From positions 1 through 64,000 of the forward strand of contig JAYTOU010000056.1 in the NCBI GenBank assembly GCA_043747615.1: 64,000 nt of DNA, written 5' to 3'. Shown in pieces: positions 46,722-55,900 of the stretch. The DNA is from Myxococcales bacterium. Its GTDB lineage: Bacteria > Myxococcota_A > Polyangia > Polyangiales > Polyangiaceae. The notes beneath the pieces are model-generated. The model ran no database searches and had not been told where the DNA came from. It saw only the letters and a program-made list of their open reading frames with translations. How positions within the stretch are numbered: position 1 is the first letter of the stretch; every line of letters starts with the position of its first letter. A program made the translations under genes and the position numbers.

Positions 46722-47864
46722 TTAGGCCAGGAGGTGCTTCGCGATGATGATGCGCTGAACCTCGCTCGTCCCTTCCCCGATCTCGCAGATCTTCGCGTCG
46801 CGGAGGTGACGCTCGACGTTGAACTCGCGCGTGTAGCCGTACCCCCCGTGAATTTGCAGGGATTTGTTGCATGCCCGGCTGGCCGCTTCACTCGCGAAGA
46901 GCTTGGCCATCGACGCTTCGCTGGCGAACGGTTTCCCGGCGTCGGCGAGCCACGCAGCGCGGTACGTGAGGAGCGAGGCGGCGTCGAGCTCCGTCTTCGA
47001 GTCGGCGAGCATCCACTGGATCGCTTGAAACTCGGCGATGGGCTTGCCGAATTGCTTTCGATCTTTCGCGTAAGCAACCGCCAGGTCGAGTGCGCCGTAA
47101 CCGAGACCAAGGGCCATCGCGGCGATCGAGATGCGACCGCGATCGAGGATCTTGAGGGTGTCGATGAAGCCGCGGTGCGTCTCTCCGAGGCGCTGGGCGT
47201 CACTCACATGCACGTCTTCGAACGTGAGCTCGACGGTGTCACTCGAGCGGCAGCCGAGCTTCTCGAGGTGCTTCGAGGCGCTGAACCCTTTCGTTCCATG
47301 CTCGACGATGAATGCGGTGATCCCTTTTTGTTTCGAGACGCTCAAATCGGTGCGCGCGAGGACGACGCAGAACCCACCGACGCTCCCCTGGGTGATGAAC
47401 ATCTTCGTCCCGTTGATGACCCAGTCATCGCCGCTTTTTTTCGCAGTGCTGGCGAGCCCTGAGGCGTCACTCCCGCTGCCTGGCTCGGTTAGCCCCCATG
47501 CCGCAAGCCACTCACCACGGGTCGCTTTTGGGAGGTAGCGCTTCTTTTGCTCTTCGCTGCCAAATGACAAGATGTGGCCGGTTCCGAGACCGTTGTGGGA
47601 GGCAACGGTGAGGGCGAGTGAGCCATCGACCTTGGCGATCTCTTCGACGCAGATGGCGTAGCTCGTGGTGTCCATCCCGGAGCCGCCGTACTCCTCCGGG
47701 ATGCAGATGCCGAGAAGGCCCATTTCGGCCAATTTTGGTACGATTTCCTTGGGGAACCGCTCCTCTTTGTCCCACGTTTGGGCGTGGGGAGCGACTTCCG
47801 CGCGCGCGAACTCTCGTACCGATCGGCGAAGCAACGTGTGGTGCTCGGAAAAGTCGAACTTCAT
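46722..47864 (-). CDS. Acyl-CoA dehydrogenase (short/branched-chain type)
   Basis: LTEPGSGSD, INGTKMFITQG, KLGCRSSDT, RKQFGKPI, QIHGGYGY, EIGEGTSEVQR. Confidence 0.95.
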   Translation of the reverse strand: MKFDFSEHHTLLRRSVREFARAEVAPHAQTWDKEERFPKEIVPKLAEMGLLGICIPEEYGGSGMDTTSYAICVEEIAKVDGSLALTVASHNGLGTGHILSFGSEEQKKRYLPKATRGEWLAAWGLTEPGSGSDASGLASTAKKSGDDWVINGTKMFITQGSVGGFCVVLARTDLSVSKQKGITAFIVEHGTKGFSASKHLEKLGCRSSDTVELTFEDVHVSDAQRLGETHRGFIDTLKILDRGRISIAAMALGLGYGALDLAVAYAKDRKQFGKPIAEFQAIQWMLADSKTELDAASLLTYRAAWLADAGKPFASEASMAKLFASEAASRACNKSLQIHGGYGYTREFNVERHLRDAKICEIGEGTSEVQRIIIAKHLLA

Positions 47865-47978
47865 TGGTCGAGGGAGGCCGCAGTGCGCTTCATGGTCGTA
47901 TTCTTGCGCGACCTCCCTCCATTTGGAAGCCGCGTGATGGTTTATCACGCGACACGGGCTCGCGAAGTCGCCTGGCCC

Positions 47979-49013
47979 CTAGTGCTGGATGCAGACCGAC
48001 GTGCCACCCGCCTTCCCACAGCGGAAGTGGTGCGGGCAGCGATCCCCAGGTCCGCAGTGCTGTGAGCAGTACTGCTTTCCGTGAGCGCTGATGCACACGC
48101 CGCTCGGACAATCGGTCGATTTGGTGCAAGCGTTGCCGATGTCGGAGGTGGGCTTCGGCGGCTTACCGTGCCCGTGTCCTCCGTGACCCTTCCCCGCGTC
48201 GGCTTCCCCGCTCCCGCCTCCCATGGCCTTCGCTTCGGTGATGAGCGCGAGGAACGCGTCGGTCTGGGTGTAGATGTTGTGGACGTTCGCGCCCTCGCAC
48301 GTCGGCCCTCCCCGAGAAACGACGCCGACCACTTCCCCGCTCGCCTCGTCGATGGCTGGGCCGCCCGAATCGCCCTGACAGGTCGCCTCACCGACCTTGA
48401 ACTCGGTGCGCGAAACCTCCAAGACCTTCACGTGCTCACGCAGAAGCTTGGTGCCCGCAGCCTCCGTGTCGCCGCGCTTTCCGTAGCCGACCGCGCGCAC
48501 ATGCTCGCCGACCGTAAGAGCCGTCGTTCGAACGTCGAGCGGGGTAATGCCCGGCACTTCGCGGTCGAGGACGATGAGCGCCAGGTCGTCGCCGCAGAGC
48601 GTATTTCCCCGTGGAACGATGATGTGCTTGCCGCGGGCCACGAGCTCCGCGTGGGCGATGTCGTCGCCCACGTAAATGGCGAGCGTGCTTGGCGCGCGAT
48701 CCGCTGTGATTTGCTTTCCCGTGGCGGGGCACTGCACCGTTTCGGTGGTGTGAGAAACGCAGTGACGCGCGGTGAGGACCACGTCGGTGTCGATGAGCGT
48801 GCCGGTGCACAATCCTTCCCCCGCAATGTCGATGGCCACCACCGCTGGATCACGCCCACGATCTGGAACGCCCGCAACGATCTCGACGGAGTCGACCCCC
48901 ACGGCCTCCCCGCCCGCGTCGCTCTGGGTGTCGGCGAGGTACGAATCCCTGGGTGACGTCGAACACGCGGCGAGCGACAAAAGCCCTGCGACGAAGATTG
49001 CAAAATGTTTCAT
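47979..49013 (-). CDS. Trypsin-like (S1) serine protease lipoprotein with Cys-rich C-terminal domain
   Basis: Lipobox LAAC; CTGTLI, LTARHC, DLAL, CQGDSGGP; C-terminal C-x4-C-x3-C repeats. Confidence 0.92.
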   Translation of the reverse strand: MKHFAIFVAGLLSLAACSTSPRDSYLADTQSDAGGEAVGVDSVEIVAGVPDRGRDPAVVAIDIAGEGLCTGTLIDTDVVLTARHCVSHTTETVQCPATGKQITADRAPSTLAIYVGDDIAHAELVARGKHIIVPRGNTLCGDDLALIVLDREVPGITPLDVRTTALTVGEHVRAVGYGKRGDTEAAGTKLLREHVKVLEVSRTEFKVGEATCQGDSGGPAIDEASGEVVGVVSRGGPTCEGANVHNIYTQTDAFLALITEAKAMGGGSGEADAGKGHGGHGHGKPPKPTSDIGNACTKSTDCPSGVCISAHGKQYCSQHCGPGDRCPHHFRCGKAGGTSVCIQH

Positions 49014-49138
49014 GAGTGCCTCCTTTGGCGGACGCACGCATTGCGACGCGCGTGCCGCTGCGAAGGGGCTATTTTCCTCGACGTTTTGCGATCACGCGAC
49101 TGGCGGGGATAGTTTCAGGGTGTCCCAGGACGTATCGC

Positions 49139-49795
49139 TCAACGCCGCCGGGTCATCGCGCGAGCCGCAAACCACACGAGCATCACGAGGGCGGCGGCAA
49201 ACATCCGGGCCGACGTCCGGGACAGCCCGAGAATGTCGTCGACCAGGAACGGAATGAAAAAAATCCCGGCAACGACCGCCATCACGTAGCCCGCGCGCAT
49301 CCACTTCGAGCGACGTACCGCGCGCTCGAGCGGTCGCCACGTCTCGAGCTCGGCGCGTAGATCGCCGAAATGTTTTCCGCCGCGCGGAATGTCGAAGACG
49401 GTCGGCGCTTCTCCGCGAGGGGCCAGATGAACGCGCAACCCTCCGAGCGCGCCATCCATCTCCTGAATGCGCTGCACGTCGTCACGCGGGAAAATGAGGT
49501 CGCTTTCGCTCCGCGCTCGCACCACGAGCGAATCGCTTTCGATGCTCACGACGAGCGCCCGCAAGAGGGCTACCCGTTGCGAGTGGAGCGCGGCCGACCT
49601 TAGGACGACGAGCGCAGTAATCGCTGCGACCAGACCGAGCGTCGTCGCATCGAAGCGAAATCCCATCTTCGTCAGGAGCAAGATCACGAGGGCGACGGGG
49701 AAAAGGGCAACCCCTGCGCTCACCGCCGTCATCGCCCGCGCTCGCTTCAAGGCCTCATCTCTATCGAGCGCATAGCGGACTCTCGAGGCGCTCAA
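49139..49795 (-). CDS. Membrane protein of unknown function (start uncertain)
   Basis: Four hydrophobic segments around a soluble domain; follows the B12-binding gene on the same strand. Confidence 0.6.
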   Translation of the reverse strand: MSASRVRYALDRDEALKRARAMTAVSAGVALFPVALVILLLTKMGFRFDATTLGLVAAITALVVLRSAALHSQRVALLRALVVSIESDSLVVRARSESDLIFPRDDVQRIQEMDGALGGLRVHLAPRGEAPTVFDIPRGGKHFGDLRAELETWRPLERAVRRSKWMRAGYVMAVVAGIFFIPFLVDDILGLSRTSARMFAAALVMLVWFAARAMTRRR

Positions 49796-49829
49796 TGCCG
49801 CGCGGCTTTCATGATCGACCGCTGCCGAC

Positions 49830-50246
49830 TTACTGGTGCGGGCGGATGTGGTCTCGGACCCACTGAATGATCGATTCGAGCGGTGTTCCCGGGGTGAAAA
49901 CACCTTCGACGCCCGCCTCTTTCAAGCGCGCGAGATCCGATTCGGGAATGATACCCCCGCCGAAAACGACGACGTCGTCCGCCCCTTTGGCCTTGAGCGC
50001 GGCGATGACCGCCGGGAAAAGAGTGTTGTGCGCGCCGCTCATGATGGATAAGCCGACCGCGTCTACGTCTTCTTGGACGGCAGCGTTGGCGATCATCTCG
50101 GGCGTCTGATGCAGGCCGGTGTAGACGACCTCGAACCCCGCATCACGAAGTGCGCGGGCGACCACTTTTGCGCCGCGATCGTGTCCATCGAGGCCCGGTT
50201 TGGCAACGAGGACGCGGATTTTACGGTCTTCAACCATGTTGCCCAC
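49830..50246 (-). CDS. Cobalamin-binding subunit of an acyl-CoA mutase (methylmalonyl-/isobutyryl-CoA mutase small-subunit type)
   Basis: [10 protein letters not shown] (DxHxxG), [19 protein letters not shown]. Confidence 0.93.
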   Translation of the reverse strand: MGNMVEDRKIRVLVAKPGLDGHDRGAKVVARALRDAGFEVVYTGLHQTPEMIANAAVQEDVDAVGLSIMSGAHNTLFPAVIAALKAKGADDVVVFGGGIIPESDLARLKEAGVEGVFTPGTPLESIIQWVRDHIRPHQ

Positions 50247-50300
50247 GGTTAGCCAAGAAGCATCGGGCCGTCAAACGCCTGCCCCCGGGCGGTAGATCGG

Positions 50301-50460
50301 TTGGGTGCGCGTGATCCGCGAGCCCGCAGCTTCACGCGCGCCCTCGGAGACCACTCTGGGCTCTACATCGTCGGGCGAAATGTCTCGAGCTACGAGGAGC
50401 TCGAGCGCGAGATGCTCCACGGCCGGATCGACCTCGCATGGCTGCCACCGATAGCGGGGG
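50301..50460 (+). pseudogene. Possible remnant of a PhnD/SsuA-type substrate-binding protein
   Basis: FTRALGDHSGLYIV...SSYEELEREMLHGRIDLAWLPP resembles the N-terminal PhnD-family motif; the similarity ends there. Confidence 0.55.
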
Positions 50461-50536
50461 GCCGGAACGACGCGTACCTCTCCACGCTCTGCCGCCCGTT
50501 CGCAAAGCCGACGATTGAGGCTACCCTCCGTGCGCG

Positions 50537-52108
50537 ATGCGTCTCCACCCCACCCGCGCCACGTTTCACGTCGCGCTTGCGGGCGCGGCGATGGTCATGA
50601 TCGGAGTCGCAGCGCACCTGGGACCGGTGGTGGCTTTCGGTGGCGCGATGATCCTGGCGGTGGCCATCGGACGCGCTGTCGCCTTGGTGTCGGTCACCCG
50701 TTTGCGCGTGGCTGGCTTCGAAATGGTGTGGACGGCTCCGCGCCGTGTCGTCCGCCTCGGACGGGGCGACGAAGTCGTGCTCGAGGCCGAGCTCAGAAAT
50801 CGCGGTCACGACGAGATGCGCGCCGTCGGAATTCGCGCCGTCGCATCGAGCATGCTCGAGACCAGCGTGGAGCCGGCATCGATCGATCTTCCAGCCGGCT
50901 CTCGCGTATACGTGAACGTAAGGATCCGCGCGAAGCGGATCGGCCGCTGGGGAATCCACGGCATGGCGCTCGAGGTGCGGGGCACGCCGGCCGGGGGCGA
51001 AGCGCTCTACGAAGTCCCGCTGATGTTCGCCAATCCCTTCGGCGTGGAGGTCCTCCCGCAAGCGCTCCACGCCGCAGCAACGAGCCCTCGCGGAGGGCGC
51101 TCACGCCGAGGAGCGGACATCGGTCGTCCGGCGCAGCTCGCGGGTAACGGTGATGAGCTACGCGAGCTGCGCGATCACGTCGCGGGCGACGCATTCAAGC
51201 GAATTGCCTGGAAAGCGAGCGCAAAACGAGGCCGGCTCATCGTAAGAGAAATGGAGCGCGAGGAGCGCGACGTAGTCTGGCTGGTGCTCGATGCGTCGGC
51301 GGAACTTTGGGCGGGCCCCGAAGGAAAGGCGCCTCTCGACGATGGCGTCGACGAGTTCGCAGCGCTCGCCGCGCGTCACCTCGCGCGTGGAGATCAGGTC
51401 GGCCTGGTGGTGTTCGCCTCGCGTCCTCGCACGTGGTTACCGCCCGCGGGAGGCCGCGGACACGGCGCAAAAATAGCTGCTGCGCTCACCAGTGCGGCCA
51501 GCATGATCGACTCCGATCGCTCGGAGCTCGACGAGTACGAGATCGCCCAGCGCGTGGTCGAGCACGCCCGCCCGCTCGATCCGCGCGGTCTCGGCGACAT
51601 CCCCAAGTCGAACCTGGACATGCTCGCCGCCCGCGCCGAATCGCTGCGCGCCCGGGCGCCCTTTGCGCCGCGTGTCCCCTATGCCCGAACGACCCGCGAG
51701 CAAACGCTCCGTCACTACGTTGCCGCCTTCGGGATCGAGGTGACCCCGCGCTCCGACGGCGAGCACGACAAGGCCCACACGACGCTGGCCCTCGCGCTGG
51801 AGAAGATTTCAAAAGAAAAGCTTCGGCCGAGCATCGTGCACATTTTTTCTGCGCCGCCGGTGGCCGACGGGGCGGTCATGCGGAGCGTGCGCAGGCTCCG
51901 AACACGGCGGGTGAGCGTGGAGTGGTCGGTCCCCGCTTTTGAACGCGCGCTCGGCGAGCCGGTCGCACCCAGTGACGCGAGCACGGTCGCCGACGTCGTC
52001 AACGAAGCCGTGCGGATCCGCGCAGAAGCCTCCCGCGCAAAAGGGGACCGAGTCCTCCGCCGGCTTGGCGTGCGTCCACACGTCTTTCAGAGGCAAGCGC
52101 GTGGCTGA
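50537..52108 (+). CDS. DUF58-domain protein
   Basis: N-terminal TM pair; GDELRELRDHVAGDAFKRIAWKASAKRGRLIVREME, LVLDAS, GDQVGL. Confidence 0.88.
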   Translation: MRLHPTRATFHVALAGAAMVMIGVAAHLGPVVAFGGAMILAVAIGRAVALVSVTRLRVAGFEMVWTAPRRVVRLGRGDEVVLEAELRNRGHDEMRAVGIRAVASSMLETSVEPASIDLPAGSRVYVNVRIRAKRIGRWGIHGMALEVRGTPAGGEALYEVPLMFANPFGVEVLPQALHAAATSPRGGRSRRGADIGRPAQLAGNGDELRELRDHVAGDAFKRIAWKASAKRGRLIVREMEREERDVVWLVLDASAELWAGPEGKAPLDDGVDEFAALAARHLARGDQVGLVVFASRPRTWLPPAGGRGHGAKIAAALTSAASMIDSDRSELDEYEIAQRVVEHARPLDPRGLGDIPKSNLDMLAARAESLRARAPFAPRVPYARTTREQTLRHYVAAFGIEVTPRSDGEHDKAHTTLALALEKISKEKLRPSIVHIFSAPPVADGAVMRSVRRLRTRRVSVEWSVPAFERALGEPVAPSDASTVADVVNEAVRIRAEASRAKGDRVLRRLGVRPHVFQRQARG

Positions 52109-52973
52109 GCGACAGTCAGGGGCGCGCCTCGGCCCGAAAGAAATTCTTCGCCAAGCGGGCCTCACTCCCAAGCGAAGCTTCGGTCAAAATTTCTTGATCG
52201 ATCCCAACGTGACCCGGGCCATCGCGACGGTCTGCGTACGCGAAAGCGAACAGGGGCGCGCCCACGTCGTGGAGCTCGGTGCGGGAACGGGTGCGCTCAC
52301 CCAGGCGCTCCTCGCGCGCGCAGAGCGAGTGGTGGCGGTAGAGCGCGATCGCGATCTCGTTCCCATTTTGGCGCGCGTCTTCGCCGACGAGGTCGCCGCC
52401 GGTCAGCTCGAGATCGCAGAGGCAGACGCGCAGAGCGTGACCATGGCCGGCCTCCTTCCGCCCCGACAAAACAAGCCTGAAACGACAGTGCGCGTGCTCT
52501 GCGGAAACCTTCCCTATCAGATCACCGGTCGTCTTCTTCAGCGCGCCGTCGAGCAATCGGACGATCTCGATCGGGTCGTCTTCATGGTGCAAAAAGAGGT
52601 GGCCGATCGCCTCGTCGCCAAGCCTGGCTCGAAGGAATACGGCGCCCTGACGGTGTTCACGCGCGCGGCGTTCGACGTGAGGCGCGCGATGACGGTCTCG
52701 CGTCACTCATTTTTACCTCCGCCCGATGTGACCAGCGCCGTCGTGGAGCTCACGCCCGTGCGGCCACCTCGCGCACGCGAGACGGATCTGTTTCGCGCTC
52801 TCGTCAAAGCCGCGTTCGGCATGAGGCGCAAGACCCTCCGCAACTGCTGGACCGAGCTCGCCGGCGAGAGGTTGAAAGAGGCCGCGGCAGAGGCGGGGAT
52901 CTCCCTCGATCTCCGTGGCGAAACGCTGGACGTGACCGACTTCGCCCGGATGGCGAAGGCGATGGAGACCTAG
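52101..52973 (+). CDS. rsmA: 16S rRNA m6,2A1518/1519 dimethyltransferase (KsgA)
   Basis: KRSFGQNFL, ELGAGTGALT, GNLPYQIT, MVQKEVADRL, FLPPPDVTSAV, RRKTLRN. Confidence 0.96.
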   Translation: MAERQSGARLGPKEILRQAGLTPKRSFGQNFLIDPNVTRAIATVCVRESEQGRAHVVELGAGTGALTQALLARAERVVAVERDRDLVPILARVFADEVAAGQLEIAEADAQSVTMAGLLPPRQNKPETTVRVLCGNLPYQITGRLLQRAVEQSDDLDRVVFMVQKEVADRLVAKPGSKEYGALTVFTRAAFDVRRAMTVSRHSFLPPPDVTSAVVELTPVRPPRARETDLFRALVKAAFGMRRKTLRNCWTELAGERLKEAAAEAGISLDLRGETLDVTDFARMAKAMET

Positions 52974-55900
52974 AGCCTGGGGGTGAAGGGGGCCCCGAGC
53001 TGCTGGAGCGCACTGATGGCATCCCGTCGGTCGGGCGAGCTGCTCGGCGAAAGATCCAAGAAGCGTTTGTAGCGCTCGATGGCCTCTTTTGATTTTCCAC
53101 TTCGTTGGAAGGCTTGGGCAGCCGCGAACTGGACCTCCCAGTGCCAGCGCAGCTTCGCGTCACCGTGGTCGAGCGCCTTATCGGCCTCGGTCGCCGCAAA
53201 CGTCAGGTGCTTCGCCGCTTCCCCGGCATTGCCTCGCTCGAGAAGGGCCCTTCCGAAGCGGAATCTCCAGAACGGTTGCTTGTCGTCTTTGGCGACGGCC
53301 TTGCTCCACTCGACGAAGGCATTGCCCGGATCGTTCTTGTCCTCGTAGCACTCGGCGAGACCAGCGTGGGCTTCGTTGCGGGTTGGCCGAAGCTCTAGAG
53401 CGCGCTTGAAATCGATGATCGCCGATTCGCACTGCGTGCTCTTTCGCTCGAGGACGCCGCGCTGCCAGTATCCATCGGCGAGGAGCTTGTCGAGGGCGAG
53501 CGCTTTTTCGATTTCTTCTTTCGCCGTTCCCAGATCGGCAGGCTCCATGTTGTTGGCCGCCCACGCCATATAGAGATGGTACTCGGCGCGATTGGGATCG
53601 AGCTCGACGGCTCTTTTCAGGAAGCGCCGAGCCTCGACCTCCGAGGCGCCACCCTGAAGGAAAAGAGCGCGACCGAGGTAGTGGCTCGCTTCGGCGTTCG
53701 TCGGGCGCTTGGCGAGGACTTTTCGCAGCATGGGAATCGCGTCCCCTGGGCGATCGATCGCCGCGTAGGCGGCACCCACCCGGAGCTGCAAATCAGGGTC
53801 TTCTGGCGCTTTGTTGAGCGCGCTCTGGAATTGCAGGAGCGCCTTCTCGACGTCCCCCGACTCTTCGTAGAGTAGGCCTCGCTCGAGGGCGAGACCCGGA
53901 TAGTCCTTGTCGACCGCAAGCACTTTGTCGAACTCCGCGCTCGCGTCATCCATCTTGCGCATCCGACGAAAAGTGACACCGAGGTGGAAGCGCGCGTCGA
54001 GATCGGCGGGCTCTTTTTCGAGCGCCGATTTGTAATGGGCCGTGGCCTCGTCGAACTGCCCTTGCGCCGCCGCGACCTCCGCGAGCGCTCGCTGCATGGC
54101 CGGAGAATCGGGCAACTTCGCGCGCGCGTCCTCGAGCTTGGCCTGGGCATCCTTGACCCGACCCTGGCTCGCGAGGAGCGCGGAGAGAGCGACGTAGGGA
54201 ACCACCGCGTCGGGCAGCGTCGGATCGACCAGATCGATCGCGGCGACGTACTCCGCCTCCGCCGCAGGCTTGTTTCCTAGGGCTTCCTCGGCTTTGCCGA
54301 GCCAGTACGCGAGCCGTGCGTCCTTCGGATGAAGCGTGCGAGCGGTGGCCAGCTGGGTCTTTGCGTCCGCCAGTCGCTCGAGGGCGAGCTTCGCTTTGGC
54401 ATCGCTGACTATCGCCGTTACGCTCGTGGGATCGGCCTGCACCGCCGTGTCGAAGCGGGTCAGTGCCTCGGTGAAGCGGCTCTCGCTGTAGAGCACTTCG
54501 CCCTGACCGATGAGCGCGCGTACGTTGCGGCCATCGAGCTTGAGCGACGCGTCGAACGCAGCGCGGGCGTCGGAAGGCCGCATGCGCGACGCGTGAATCC
54601 AGCCACGCTCGGCGAACGCCGCCGCCTGTTCCTGAGGAGAAGCGTTCGCCTTGAGCTCTCCCTCGAGCACCAACGCGAGATCAGTCAGGGCCGCTTTCTC
54701 GTCCTTGTCTTTCTCCCACGCGATCATCGCTCGCAAGAGGCGCGCGCCAGCGTGAGCCTTCGATGCCGCGAGGGTGGCTTCGATCTCCTTGCTCGCGTTC
54801 ACGCGATCGTCGGCTAGGAGATACGCTCTGGCGAGCCCGTGGTGTGCGCGTGCCGCTGCCGGCTGCAGCTGCAGAGCGCGATTGAAGGCCACCACCGCTG
54901 CCGCCGCGTCGTTCGCGCGGAGCTCCACTTCGCCGCGGGCGTAGGCGATGTCTTGCTGAATCGGATCGCCCAGATCACGCTTGCTCGCAGCATCGAGCTC
55001 GTGACGTGCCTTCGGGAGATCACCGCTCGCAGCCGCCTGCAGCGCGTACGCCACGTTTGCGTACTTGACCTCGGTGTTCGCCGGCAGCTCGGAGAGCCAC
55101 TGCTTTGCGCGCGCGCCGCGATCCACGTCGTTCCCGAAGCGAAGCTGGGCCTCGTACTCCATGAGCGCGGCCACCGCGCTGAGCGAGCGCGCACGCAGAT
55201 TCTGGGTGTGCGAGGCTGCGATGCTGTCGAGGGCCGCGCGCGCTTCGCCGTAGAGGTCGACCGCGAGCCGCTTGCGGACGTTGGCCGAGTCGTCAGCGGT
55301 GAGGCGCGCGTACTCTGCAGCCTTCGCCGAGTCGGAGATCGCGAGGTACCCGAAAGCACCGTAGGGCGTGAGCTGGAGGAGACCGCCGCCGACCGCGACG
55401 AGCGCTGCCATTCCAAGAATCACGAGTCGCGCCCGCGAGCGTTTTTTTGCCGCTGGGCGCTGCCTCGCCGTCGTAGGGGCAATCGGGAGCGCGGCCTCGT
55501 CACCGCGCGAAAGCTCGGCCGGCGCGGCGGTGGCACTTGGCGCCGGAGGAGGAGACGACGTGAGGAACGTTGCCTCACCTCCGCTCGACGACTCGCTCTC
55601 ACCGCCACCCAGATCGACTTCGCCGAAGGCCATGCCCCCGGCGGCTTTTTTCTCGCCACGCTCGACGGGCGCGGCAGGGCGGTTCGAACGTGCGTTCGAT
55701 GGCGCTGAATCGGTGAGCGGCAGCTCGAAATCACTCATGTCTGCCGCCTCGACGGGGGCAAACGCTGCGGAGACGGACGGGCGGGAGGTGCCAGGCGAGG
55801 CTGCCGGCGGGAGAGACCCGGGCATCTGGAATGGACGGCCCGACGGTTGCTGCGGCGGACCAGGCGGCGGCAAATCCAGCTCACCGAATTCTCCGAGACC

